From a virus, in the IMG/VR virus record IMGVR_UViG_3300023179_000001, positions 1 through 64,000 of that record: 64,000 nt of DNA. The stretch is one strand, 5' to 3'. A program made the position numbers and the translations under genes. The notes below the pieces were generated by a model. It did no database searches. It had not been told where the DNA came from and saw only the letters and a list, made by a program, of their open reading frames with translations. Below, in pieces: positions 28,665 through 38,610 of the stretch. Position 1 is the first letter of the stretch, and every line of letters begins with the position of its first letter.

Positions 28665-29476
28665 GTTGCCTCCTTTTTAATAAAAAGTTTTGAAACGAGT
28701 AGCGCAGCGATCTCGTCAGAGAAGTCTGGCCTTCTTTCCAAAACAAACTCCATTGATTTTAGAAGATCGTTAAATTTTAACGCATCCTCTAAAGCCTTTT
28801 TCATCGCCTTCTTTCTCTCATCCATTACCTTCTTGGCTTTGGAATCAAGAGACTCTGTGCGAAGAGCACCACCGCCACTCTGCGTTGCAGGTGATACGCT
28901 ATAACCTGCTGCCATTGCTTTTTCTGCGATGTCTGGCTCTGAGAAAGATTTGCTTAAAAGCTCCCAAGAGCAATCTGTGTTCACAGGGCAGTTGGTGATA
29001 GCAACATTTCTGATTTTAGCTTTTTCGATTGTTTTATCTTCTCTGCGAATTACTTTGCCTTCGATAGAGAAGCCTAATTTTCTGTTTGGAACTGTAGAAA
29101 GTGCTTTAGCAAGTTCCCAAATAGCATCTGCTCTTGAGGTTCCTTTTAAAATATATCCTTCGCAAGTCCAACCTGCCACTCCTTTAAGCTTTGGGCTCCA
29201 TTCGTGAAGAGAAGCGTGGTACTCAGCTTTTTCTGGATAACCAACAATAGCTGATGTGGCTTGTGAGTGATTGTCGTTAAAATGTCCGTGGGTAAGGAAT
29301 TCGTCGAAATCAAGGCCATCTGCTTTTACGATTTCGCCTTGTCGATCTTTGCGGCTGGTGGACATGATTCCAGAGATTTTTCTGGAATTGTGGGCATCTT
29401 CTGATTTTTCAATAAAAGCGACTTCGCTCAACCAAACACGGAAATCGTTTTCACCAATGAAGAAATTTCTATCCAT
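28661..29476 (-). CDS. Prohead maturation protease
   Basis: GIMSTSRKDRQGE, FNDNH, LGFSIEG, VAITNCPVN (HK97/herpes-type His and Ser motifs). Confidence 0.92.
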   Translation of the reverse strand: MDRNFFIGENDFRVWLSEVAFIEKSEDAHNSRKISGIMSTSRKDRQGEIVKADGLDFDEFLTHGHFNDNHSQATSAIVGYPEKAEYHASLHEWSPKLKGVAGWTCEGYILKGTSRADAIWELAKALSTVPNRKLGFSIEGKVIRREDKTIEKAKIRNVAITNCPVNTDCSWELLSKSFSEPDIAEKAMAAGYSVSPATQSGGGALRTESLDSKAKKVMDERKKAMKKALEDALKFNDLLKSMEFVLERRPDFSDEIAALLVSKLFIKKEAT

Positions 29477-29542
29477 AGACCCTCATTGCCTCTACTCCGT
29501 CAATCTTGAGTCTATGGGCGATTCTTATAAGATGTTACACGA

Positions 29543-29570
29543 TAATCGGAAAATAATACAATATACTTTA
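29543..29570 (-). promoter_or_regulatory. Sigma28-type promoter candidate TAAAGTAT-N12-TCCGATTA
   Basis: In the 125-bp gap upstream of protease-scaffold-capsid. Confidence 0.5.
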
Positions 29571-29601
29571 GTGCTACTTGTTAAATCCTACAACGCAATG
29601 T

Positions 29602-29835
29602 TTAATGATTATTAGAAACCGATTTTTCTTTTTTTGGTGCTACTTCGTAAACAAAACTTGATTGAATTGATTTTAATAGCTCAGTGCTGATTCCAACATC
29701 TTTCCCACAGGATTTGCAAACCGCATACATCCCGTTCTTGTCCCAATAGATAAGCTTCATACGAAACTTAGCCTGAGATTCGTATGATTTAATCATGTTG
29801 GATTGGCAATATGGACAATCTAAGTTCTTCATCAA
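29602..29835 (-). CDS. Small zinc-ribbon protein
   Basis: CPYC...CKSC. Confidence 0.7.
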   Translation of the reverse strand: MMKNLDCPYCQSNMIKSYESQAKFRMKLIYWDKNGMYAVCKSCGKDVGISTELLKSIQSSFVYEVAPKKEKSVSNNH

Positions 29836-31832
29836 ACACTCTTTTTTAACATTTTAATTTTTTCAATCAATTTTGATTTTTGTAACGCCAATCCCCTTTT
29901 ACCAAGGTAGGCTGGCGCATCTAAATCCACAACCAATGAAAAAGATTTTTTAGCTGGCTTCTTTTGTTCTTCAATCGCTGCGTCAATAAATGGAACCAAA
30001 GCGACTGGATCGATAATCTTGTTTGCCAATAATTGACTCATACCCTTATCGAGCGATTTGAAAATTTCTTCATGAGTAAGGCCAACTTCTGATAATTTTG
30101 ACTTTGGAATATCAATCAACTGGCTATCACCCCTCATTTGAACATATTTTCTAAGAGCAGCTTTGGCTATTCCTTCTTGATATTCTGCCTGAGAGCCGAG
30201 GTTTAAGCTCTGATCTTGGTTGAACCTTGCAGCTTGGGTTTGATAAGGATCTTTATCTCCAGATTTTTTAACGATGTAATTCCATGCTGGCATCAGATGA
30301 ATGGGCATCCATCCAGGTGGATACGCTGGCTTTCCATCTGCTTTCTTTACTGATGCGTCAAAAACTTCTTTTGGCACTGCGGTTCTGGTTGTACCAGCCC
30401 ATTCAGGTTTTTCACCGCCCTGCTCTGACCAACTTTTCAAATCTCCCCAAGTAGGCATTGGGGGAGGAGCAGAAGGATTTGCTTGATGCCAAGAATCTTT
30501 TACAAAAGGTTTTAGCCTAGCATATTGCTTTGCTGCATAACCTCTTTTAAATCTCTCAACTTCAATGTCTATTGGTTCGTTTCTAATAATCTCATCTAGA
30601 CCTACGAAAGTGCCTCTTTCAAATTCTTCAGAAATATTAGAAAGCCCCTGAACTCTTCTGCCAGAAATTTCTTTATATTTTTGTAGAATTGTCTCTTCAT
30701 TTAAGGTCGATCCAGCTTGTTCAATCGCCTGTAAAAGATGTTCTACAATTTGTTTTCTTGCTGGCTTTACATCGTTTTTGATTCTGGAAAATATTTCTTT
30801 GGCTCTTGCCAGATAAGCATTATTGCCAGAAGCCTGAGCCTCAACCATTCTGGTGACTGGGGCATCTGCTTGAACAAAATCTTCATTTGGCTGGGCCTGA
30901 GCTAACGCAGTATGAGAACGGGATCTTGGCCTTGATTCTTGTCGGATTATATCAGCCGCTTGTTGTGCTCTTTGTCTTGAAGCTTCGGCCACTGGTGCCG
31001 AAGTGGGCTCGGCTTGTGCTTGTGGAGATGTTAAATCTATTCCAAGCTCTTTTAGTTGTCTTAAAATGTCCTGCTCTTCGGATTGAGCTTGTGGCTGGGC
31101 TTGCGGCTGTGGCTCTGGCCGTGTCGCAGAAAGAATGGGAGTCGAAGATTCTGTTATTTTTCCAGCGTCTTTAAATTCTTTAAATGCTTGTTTTGCAGCT
31201 TCGTCGGCATCCACTCCACTCATATAGATTTCTTTTGCCCGTTGCGACAAAGGATTTGTTTGAAGGATGCTGATCTGATGCCCGTTCAGCTTTTGTTGCA
31301 AAACCGACTCTATGGTTCTTTTAATTCTTGAATTAAAAACACGCTCTGTTGTTGCTGCTGCTGGTGCTGGTGTTGCTGCTGCTGGTCTAGCGGCTCTTGT
31401 TCTTCTGGCAGGTCTAGCAGGAGCAGGTACACTGGGAGCAGGGGCGCTGGACTCTTCTTTGGACTGTTCTTCTACGGTATGAGCAGTTTGAATTTCATGC
31501 TCATCAAATTGATGGCCTCTTCTATGAGCATTATTGAAAATGTGCTTATTGTGAGTTTGGTCAAGATCTTCTCTGGACACACCAGCATGGGCAAGCATTT
31601 CGCCTCTGGTCATCTGATGATGCCCTTTAGCCTTAGCCTGAATCAATCGGGTCAAATGCTCAATCTTTGCCTGTAAGTGCGTTTGAGGAGATGCAGGATC
31701 ATCAGAAGATACAAGCCTTCCGTCTGGAAGCTTGTACCAATATTTATAATTGCCTGGGCTGCCTGTTCTCTTGATGTACTTGTGAGATCTTGCTTTAAAC
31801 AAGTCTGAATCAATTTCCAAAATTTCTTTCAT
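29832..31832 (-). CDS. Putative internal head/ejection protein
   Basis: N-terminal SDLFKARSHKYIKR motif shared with the 1895-aa protein; A/P-rich linkers; C-terminal KKSFSLVV. Confidence 0.6.
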   Translation of the reverse strand: MKEILEIDSDLFKARSHKYIKRTGSPGNYKYWYKLPDGRLVSSDDPASPQTHLQAKIEHLTRLIQAKAKGHHQMTRGEMLAHAGVSREDLDQTHNKHIFNNAHRRGHQFDEHEIQTAHTVEEQSKEESSAPAPSVPAPARPARRTRAARPAAATPAPAAATTERVFNSRIKRTIESVLQQKLNGHQISILQTNPLSQRAKEIYMSGVDADEAAKQAFKEFKDAGKITESSTPILSATRPEPQPQAQPQAQSEEQDILRQLKELGIDLTSPQAQAEPTSAPVAEASRQRAQQAADIIRQESRPRSRSHTALAQAQPNEDFVQADAPVTRMVEAQASGNNAYLARAKEIFSRIKNDVKPARKQIVEHLLQAIEQAGSTLNEETILQKYKEISGRRVQGLSNISEEFERGTFVGLDEIIRNEPIDIEVERFKRGYAAKQYARLKPFVKDSWHQANPSAPPPMPTWGDLKSWSEQGGEKPEWAGTTRTAVPKEVFDASVKKADGKPAYPPGWMPIHLMPAWNYIVKKSGDKDPYQTQAARFNQDQSLNLGSQAEYQEGIAKAALRKYVQMRGDSQLIDIPKSKLSEVGLTHEEIFKSLDKGMSQLLANKIIDPVALVPFIDAAIEEQKKPAKKSFSLVVDLDAPAYLGKRGLALQKSKLIEKIKMLKKSV

Positions 31833-31838
31833 ACACCC

Positions 31839-32753
31839 TCAATATTCAAAAACGTGGTCGCAACAATCTATATCGGAACCTAGACTTTTTCTTAAACCAG
31901 TTATTTTAGCTTGTTTCCCTGTATATGATAACTCTGCCTCACCGTCATCGTTAATAACAAAATCATATCCTTTAGGAATAAACATAAGCTGGCACTGGCA
32001 ATAAGGATGCAGTGGGCCAATCGTAGGAAGCCAATTTGCTACTTTTCTGCCGTAATTATTATCTGCTAAATCCGACAATCTGAAAACCTTTGGAGTTACT
32101 CTGTCTGATTTCATGTACGCAGCGAAACAGTGTTTGCATCCATCTGGATTAGGTCTTTTATAAACCAAAGCATCTCTGCCATGGGTTTCTCTGATTTCAT
32201 TAGCGATTCCGTTTTGGATTGCAGAAGTGACTTCGGTGGATGCGACTCGGTGCCAATCTCTGTTTCTATCGTCTATCGCATCAAACAATGCGGTCTTTAA
32301 TTCTGACACTGTTTTTCTCTGAGCTATTGATGTTGCGACCTGCTCTTGGACGGCCCTCACTGCGCTCATGCTTGATCTGGCTACGGCTCCTCGGACATCA
32401 CGCACCATATCATCTGACAATCCTTGAATGTACTGTCCTGCGTGTTCTTTGGCCCATCGGATAGCCTGTTCTTCAACACGAGTGGTTGGAAGCATCTTAG
32501 ATGCTCGTTTCAGAATTTCGTCAAACGGGATACCTCTGGCTTCATTTCGTTTAAACAAAGCAACGATTTTCCCAAGAGTATAAGAATCCCCAACCATATT
32601 TCTGGTATTTTGTCTTAGAAGTCCTGCGGCTTTTAATGCTCGAATCTCTGCATCCGACAGGGCTTGTGATCCCAAGGCTTCAAACGTAAATGAACTGAAT
32701 CTGCGACGTATGATGTCTTCAATCTGTTTTAGCTGCTCTTTTGTCAGCATCAA
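31839..32753 (-). CDS. Head morphogenesis protein (MuF/SPP1 gp7 family)
   Basis: RDWHRVASTEV, GCKHC, PLHPYCQC. Confidence 0.85.
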   Translation of the reverse strand: MMLTKEQLKQIEDIIRRRFSSFTFEALGSQALSDAEIRALKAAGLLRQNTRNMVGDSYTLGKIVALFKRNEARGIPFDEILKRASKMLPTTRVEEQAIRWAKEHAGQYIQGLSDDMVRDVRGAVARSSMSAVRAVQEQVATSIAQRKTVSELKTALFDAIDDRNRDWHRVASTEVTSAIQNGIANEIRETHGRDALVYKRPNPDGCKHCFAAYMKSDRVTPKVFRLSDLADNNYGRKVANWLPTIGPLHPYCQCQLMFIPKGYDFVINDDGEAELSYTGKQAKITGLRKSLGSDIDCCDHVFEY

Positions 32754-32914
32754 TCTTCACTTTCACCATTCATTTTTTTTAAGAATTTGGCAAAATCTGG
32801 ATCGTTCTGTTCAAAAAACTCATTAGCCATTTCTTCAAACTCATCCTGAAACATAGGATGGCTTTCGATTGGATCTTCATCAATGTGACTTGGTTTTTGT
32901 TTTTCATCGCTCAT
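32750..32914 (-). CDS. 54-aa acidic protein (absent from the ORF track)
   Basis: MSDEKQKPSHIDEDPIESHPMFQDEFEEMANEFFEQNDPDFAKFLKKMNGESED; AAGGA RBS; TGATG coupling to MuF. Confidence 0.75.
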   Translation of the reverse strand: MSDEKQKPSHIDEDPIESHPMFQDEFEEMANEFFEQNDPDFAKFLKKMNGESED

Positions 32915-32922
32915 AAAAATCC

Positions 32923-35900
32923 TTAAAACGGTTGTGGCTGAGGCTGCGCTTGAGTTGTTGGTTGTTGTAACTCTCTTCTAGCATTTAACAAAGAATTTTT
33001 CATAGCTCTTGTAATAGGTGCATTTGCCAAAAAATATTCAAAGTTAGGCTGAGTCATACCCAAAACAGATCGAACCCTACGCTTAGACATTACAATTCTT
33101 CTTTCACCTCTTCTCCACCAACTGATAGCTCTTTGTGCATGAGCCACTGCCGCCTGTTGATCTGGTGGAAGCTGTGGGGTTGGGGCTGGGGGAGGCTCAA
33201 CTCGTCGTGAACCAGATGCAGCCTGTCCCATCACATTGGAATATTCAGGCCCAAAGACCTTTGCTGCGGCTTCTTTCAATTCTACAAACTTCTCTGCAAA
33301 ACGAGATGCTATAGAATCTCTGTTTGAATCCCAGATTCCACGCCAACCCTTGCCCAACATAAACTTTTTACCCAAGTGAACCAACATTCGATAAGACTTT
33401 CCTTCGCTTATTTCTTGCTCTGTAAGCGGATACTCGCCTTCTACGCCATTTAAAGATTTGGTTGTTATTTGCTGATGAGAAAGTGGCATCCTTTCTTCTG
33501 AAGTAAAAATGTACTTTTTACCATTTGAAAACGCAGAAAAATGACAAGGCTCTTTAAACAGAGCAAGCTCGCTGGGTGTTAAACTTATTCCATAAGTAGA
33601 TAAAAAGTTTTTAAAAGAGTTTCTGTAGCCTGTAGCGTCAGAGTCGTGTTCAAAAGAAAAGCCCTGATTCGCCCATGTGTATCCACCCACATTTAAAGCA
33701 GCCGTAACCGTAACCGTTCCACCGTTCGGTTGTGCCTTCATCAACTTTCTTTGACCAACATTTATTAAATTCCCCAGTCTGGCTCCGTTTCTATGGGTTG
33801 TGTTAACCTTCAAATAATCATTGTGAATGTGTGGCCTTCCACCTCTACGATTCCAAGATCTTCGCCATTCGTTTGTAATTACTTCTCCGTTTTCTGTTTT
33901 GGCTTCGAGATCAAACCACAAACTACCTTCTGAGAACTGCAATCCTATAATTTTTACAGTTATTCCCTGAGCAGAAAAATCATAAGGCCAATCCTCTTTT
34001 CTCAGAGATCTGCCAAAAATAGATCTAATGCTTGCGTCCAATTCCCTAACCTGTTCTGCATTTAATCTAGTTCTTGAAATTTTAGAAATAAAATGAGCCA
34101 TAGAACCATGAAGCTCTGCTAGTGCTATTCGCTCTTGTTTTTTTCTTTCTTTTTCTTCTCTTTCTATTCTTTCTAGATGTTCTTGTATTTTTGGAACTTC
34201 AAAGTTATCGCCCGTTCTAGCTTGTAACAGGGCCGTTGAATAACCTGTAGGTAGCTGGTTGGCCTCTTCAAGTGCCTTTACCGCAGAAGTAAATCCAAGA
34301 TTGCCGTAGCCTCTGGCATCTCTGGCTAGGCTGTTTTGGTGTGTCAATCCCGAATGGATATTGTCCACTACCTTCATTTGTTCATGCAGCTTTTCTAAAA
34401 CACCCTTTATTGAATTGGCAGACTCTAATTGAGACATTACAGAATCAAGAGTAACTCCAGCAGAATTCAATCTTTTAAACTGCTCTGTATGTCTGTAGGT
34501 GGGGTTATCAAGATAACCAAAAATCTTTTCATTTAAAGATTGTTTTATATGTTTAATAAATTGGGCTTTCTTTTCTGGAGATTCAAAAGGCTTTTCAGAT
34601 TGATCTTGTGGCGGTGGTGGAGGAATTTCTGGTTGTAAATCTTCTTCTTGGAGAATTGGTATCCCCATGTTTTCCAGCGTTTCTTTAGCTCGCTTCCCAG
34701 ATTCCGTGTCGGCAAACCCTGTTGCAAGTCTCTGGAGTAAGTCTATCTTTTCGTGTGGGACTTCTTCCATTTCATCTATTATTTGCCTTGCCCTTGCGTT
34801 GCCCATCTCAGCCAATTTTTTAATTTTATTGAAAGCATTTTCGTCTATGGTTTTGGGCTTTTGACTTGGCTCATGATAAATATAGATCCAACGGCTTCCT
34901 CTACGATATTTCCGCAGATACTTGTGGGTTCTGGCCTTGAACAAATCCGAAGGAATAAAAAAGATTTCGTTTTTGTTAAGAATAGAATCAATTACAAAAA
35001 CAGCATCGCTTTTATGAAAAGACGCACGAATGTCGTCTAATGAAACTGGCTTTTCCATCCACTCTCTTTCCTCTTTGGTTAGCTGTTTTCCTTCGTTCAT
35101 TTTTCTATTTAATTCATATTTCTTTTTTACAATTTCTGACAAATTCACATCCCAATCGCTGTTTTGAGCGGTAATCCAGTAAACATTTACGTTGTTTCTT
35201 TGTCCAACACGATGGGCTCTGTCTTCTGCTTGTCTGACATCTGCCGCAGTCCAAGGCAGATCGTTAAAAACCACTTTGTCTGCTCGTGTTAAAGTCGCTC
35301 CTACTGCTAGGGATTGTCTTGTAGAAACAAAAACCCTTTTAGTTGAAGTTTCGTTTTGAAACTCCTCTTTAGCCTTTTCTCTGGCATCATCTGACATTTG
35401 ACCATGATGCAATATAGCGACATCTCCAAGCTCTTCTTTTAGCTTTTTGGCAGCATCTAGCGATTCTGTAAAAACCAAAACATTTGAATCAGAAGAGTCT
35501 ATAACTTCTTGCACAAAGTCTTTTGTGGCAGAGGTTTTTGCTATTGCTGCGACAACCCTGGCCGCACTCATTTCTCCGATGTCGGTTGGCAATCGAGGCA
35601 TACCCGAAACTGGTACTTCGGCAATTTGGGTTGTTTTTTCTGGTAAATCAGTAAGCACTTTCTTTTTCTGTCTAGCCAGATAAACACCGTTCTTTTTAAG
35701 CTTATTCCAAACCCCACCAATAGTTCCAAACTTCAAACCAAACCTAGAAAACAAGCCAGGTCTAATAATTTCTATTTGAGTATGAAGCTCCTCTTTTTTG
35801 TTTTTGATTGCCGTACCAGATAAAAGCATCTTGTGGGCAAACATGGGAGCCATCTCTGAAATCAGTTTTGTTGCTTTGGCTTTTGGATTTTTTATTCGAT

Positions 35901-38610
35901 GCGACTCATCAACAATAATAGCATCAAACCCAGCCGCTTCAATGGCTGGTCTAAACTTTTCTAAGGATTCGTAATTAACGGTAGCGATATTTACGTTTCT
36001 TAAATCAGGTGCTCCGTGTTTTAAATCTGCTGCGATTAGCTCTTTGGATTTGTTTTGAAAGTGTCCTGGGAAAAACTTTTCGGCCTCTTTAATCCAAGTC
36101 CTTCTGACAACCTTGGGACAAACAACCAAAACACGTTTGTTTTTACTTGCAACGAAAGCAAGAGATTGAAGCGTTTTTCCAAGCCCCATCTCATCGCCAA
36201 TCAGAGCATTACCATCGGCTGCTTCTAAAAATCTGACCGCCTCGTTTTGGTAGGGGAATAGTTTAAATTGGGGATCGAGCTTTTCAGAAACATGAGGAAT
36301 AGGCTTTCTTAGCTCTGCCTGTCTTTCTTCTTCTCTTCTGACCGCCTCATCAAAGCCTTCTGTGACCACTTCCCAATCTGGGAATCTTTCTTTGATTTTT
36401 TGAACGGCCTCTTGAGCCAGTTCTATTTCATAGGTTTCACGAGACTTTTCTGTGGGATTGTATTCCATGATCCCACTGATTTCCCCACCCCTGTTGGAGA
36501 AAAAGTTTACTAGCTTTGAATCGTATGGATGATAAAAACTTATCTTGTTGTCTGAGGATACCCTCACCCTCACAACCTTGCTGCTATCTCTGCCTTCGGA
36601 CTCTGGCAGTGGATCTGGTATGTGACTTAAAGATACTCCAAGTTCGCCCAAGCGTTGCTGATACTTTTCCCAATCAAATGTTTTTTCAACATCTCTTGGA
36701 ATTACCCAAACGAAATTACCATTTTCGTCGTTTCCACCCTTGAGCCTCATATCTCTATGAAGTTGGACATACTTCTCAAAATTATTTCTATTTAGTCTGC
36801 CATCAGACTTGAGAGGTAATTGAATAGTTTTGTAGGTACGATGCCTTTCTGGGACAACCATGTGAATGGTCGGATCTGAAAGCCCAGTATGCTCGTACTC
36901 TTCTTCTCCAAAATGTTGTGTCAACTGCCTTTTGTATTTTTTTAAGATGTTTCTAACTAAATTAAGAGATTGCGTCTGTATCTCTGGAGGCTGAAGCTTA
37001 ATTCTATCAAAAACGACCTTCCATCTTTGCTTGTCTAGCTTATTAAAACCAATTTCATTTAACTCTCTTGCATCGTCTTTGGAATTTAGGTGCTCACCCA
37101 TATCCAACAACTGCTCCATGCTATCATTGTCGCCATAGCGATGCGCTTCTTTTCCGTCCCTATTGTAGACGTAAACGGTTCTGCTCCCTTTTTGGTATTT
37201 CCTAATATAAAGATGATTTGGTCTGTCGGCCTTCTGCAAATACTCAAAATAGGTTGGATAATGAGCTTCAACTTCAAAGATAATTGATTTCTTAGTGTCC
37301 GAGTCCCAGCCTTCTGGTTGATACTCTGAAAAAACTTTTAAGAATTCTTTTTTGGACTCTGAATAGCCCATGGGCATTTGGCCTTTGTGCTTACTAGACA
37401 TTTGTTTAACAAACTTGTCTGCGTCTTCAAAGGAATCAAACTCTTTGATTTCAAGGTTAACTTTCTTTGGAGATCTAACAACAACAAAGTGCTTAATCTT
37501 ACCTTTTTCCTTTGTTTCAAAGCTTTCAAAGTTTTTCTTTTGTGCTCTCTCTTCTTTGGAGATTTTAGAGAAATCTTTTTTATTAAGCCGTTCTATGTCT
37601 TTCCAAGGAAATTTAATTCCATTGTCAGTTAGAATCTTTGGCTCTTTGGGTCTTTTTTCTGGTGAGTCCTGCTCTCCGGTGTCCAGCCCGTACAAATAAG
37701 CAGATAGTTCTGTAAGATATTGCGAAACTTCTTGGTTTCTTGGCTTCCCGTCCTCGCCCTTTCCAAACTCCTTAGCAAGCTCTTTGCTTGGCTTATAAAT
37801 AGTGTCGTGGGTAAAACCAGAAAATACCTGCTGCCTGTGTGTTTTGATTTGAAGTTCTGAAATCTTGCCAGAACTGGTTTTAAAAAGAACATGAATAGCC
37901 CTGTAGCCATCGGGCCTTGGCTTAGATGAAGAATCTTCTATCTCTACAATCTGAAAACTTTTTTTCATGTGCTCAAGAACCGATTTCTGATTTTCTATTG
38001 AATCAGATAGCGAGCGAGCACCAATAACATCGGTAGCTGTATTTAAAGATCTTTCTTTCAATCTGCCGTGCATCTTCTCATGCAGGGACAGTTTGTCTTT
38101 TAAACGATTTCCAAAATGCGATGCACCTGCCGCTTTTAGGGCAAAGCCCAGACCTTGTAATTCAACGTAATCGGGTTTGAACTTCTCAATAAAAAGTTCA
38201 ACATCTTTGACGCTGGTTTCTTTCCCAGGTTTTACAAAGCCTTCGTTTTCTGGTGGTGGAGGGCCAAGTCCGTTAGAAGGTCTGCCGTAATCTGCTGGTG
38301 TACCGCCCTCTTTTAAATGCTCTTCTCTTTTCTTGTGCTCTTCGGATGCTGTGGATTCTAGCTTGGCAGATAAAGCTTGTTCTATCTTTTTGATTTTTTC
38401 TTCAAAGTTTATCTTTTTTGTGGGCCTCTTTTGGCTCTGCTTTTCGTTTGTATTTTTTTTGCCAGTTGAGATGGGTCGCCAATCGCCTTCGGCAATTTTC
38501 TTATATCGCTGACCATTCCACTCGTGGACTGTGCCTATGGGTAAGCTGGCCTTTAGAATTAAATCTAAATCAAAGGATTTTACCCTTTTTTCTGTGATAA
38601 AAAAATTCAT
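32923..38610 (-). CDS. 1895-aa polyvalent protein: RelA/SpoT synthetase + HARP-SNF2 helicase + GNAT-like domain
   Basis: RLKDKLSLHEK, DVIGAR, GYRAIH, ELQIKT, HDTIYK (aa ~165-275); GDEMGLGKT, DESH, LSGT, QAEDRAHRVGQ (SNF2); GGYTWANQGFSF (GNAT-like, less certain). Confidence 0.85.
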   Translation of the reverse strand: MNFFITEKRVKSFDLDLILKASLPIGTVHEWNGQRYKKIAEGDWRPISTGKKNTNEKQSQKRPTKKINFEEKIKKIEQALSAKLESTASEEHKKREEHLKEGGTPADYGRPSNGLGPPPPENEGFVKPGKETSVKDVELFIEKFKPDYVELQGLGFALKAAGASHFGNRLKDKLSLHEKMHGRLKERSLNTATDVIGARSLSDSIENQKSVLEHMKKSFQIVEIEDSSSKPRPDGYRAIHVLFKTSSGKISELQIKTHRQQVFSGFTHDTIYKPSKELAKEFGKGEDGKPRNQEVSQYLTELSAYLYGLDTGEQDSPEKRPKEPKILTDNGIKFPWKDIERLNKKDFSKISKEERAQKKNFESFETKEKGKIKHFVVVRSPKKVNLEIKEFDSFEDADKFVKQMSSKHKGQMPMGYSESKKEFLKVFSEYQPEGWDSDTKKSIIFEVEAHYPTYFEYLQKADRPNHLYIRKYQKGSRTVYVYNRDGKEAHRYGDNDSMEQLLDMGEHLNSKDDARELNEIGFNKLDKQRWKVVFDRIKLQPPEIQTQSLNLVRNILKKYKRQLTQHFGEEEYEHTGLSDPTIHMVVPERHRTYKTIQLPLKSDGRLNRNNFEKYVQLHRDMRLKGGNDENGNFVWVIPRDVEKTFDWEKYQQRLGELGVSLSHIPDPLPESEGRDSSKVVRVRVSSDNKISFYHPYDSKLVNFFSNRGGEISGIMEYNPTEKSRETYEIELAQEAVQKIKERFPDWEVVTEGFDEAVRREEERQAELRKPIPHVSEKLDPQFKLFPYQNEAVRFLEAADGNALIGDEMGLGKTLQSLAFVASKNKRVLVVCPKVVRRTWIKEAEKFFPGHFQNKSKELIAADLKHGAPDLRNVNIATVNYESLEKFRPAIEAAGFDAIIVDESHRIKNPKAKATKLISEMAPMFAHKMLLSGTAIKNKKEELHTQIEIIRPGLFSRFGLKFGTIGGVWNKLKKNGVYLARQKKKVLTDLPEKTTQIAEVPVSGMPRLPTDIGEMSAARVVAAIAKTSATKDFVQEVIDSSDSNVLVFTESLDAAKKLKEELGDVAILHHGQMSDDAREKAKEEFQNETSTKRVFVSTRQSLAVGATLTRADKVVFNDLPWTAADVRQAEDRAHRVGQRNNVNVYWITAQNSDWDVNLSEIVKKKYELNRKMNEGKQLTKEEREWMEKPVSLDDIRASFHKSDAVFVIDSILNKNEIFFIPSDLFKARTHKYLRKYRRGSRWIYIYHEPSQKPKTIDENAFNKIKKLAEMGNARARQIIDEMEEVPHEKIDLLQRLATGFADTESGKRAKETLENMGIPILQEEDLQPEIPPPPPQDQSEKPFESPEKKAQFIKHIKQSLNEKIFGYLDNPTYRHTEQFKRLNSAGVTLDSVMSQLESANSIKGVLEKLHEQMKVVDNIHSGLTHQNSLARDARGYGNLGFTSAVKALEEANQLPTGYSTALLQARTGDNFEVPKIQEHLERIEREEKERKKQERIALAELHGSMAHFISKISRTRLNAEQVRELDASIRSIFGRSLRKEDWPYDFSAQGITVKIIGLQFSEGSLWFDLEAKTENGEVITNEWRRSWNRRGGRPHIHNDYLKVNTTHRNGARLGNLINVGQRKLMKAQPNGGTVTVTAALNVGGYTWANQGFSFEHDSDATGYRNSFKNFLSTYGISLTPSELALFKEPCHFSAFSNGKKYIFTSEERMPLSHQQITTKSLNGVEGEYPLTEQEISEGKSYRMLVHLGKKFMLGKGWRGIWDSNRDSIASRFAEKFVELKEAAAKVFGPEYSNVMGQAASGSRRVEPPPAPTPQLPPDQQAAVAHAQRAISWWRRGERRIVMSKRRVRSVLGMTQPNFEYFLANAPITRAMKNSLLNARRELQQPTTQAQPQPQPF

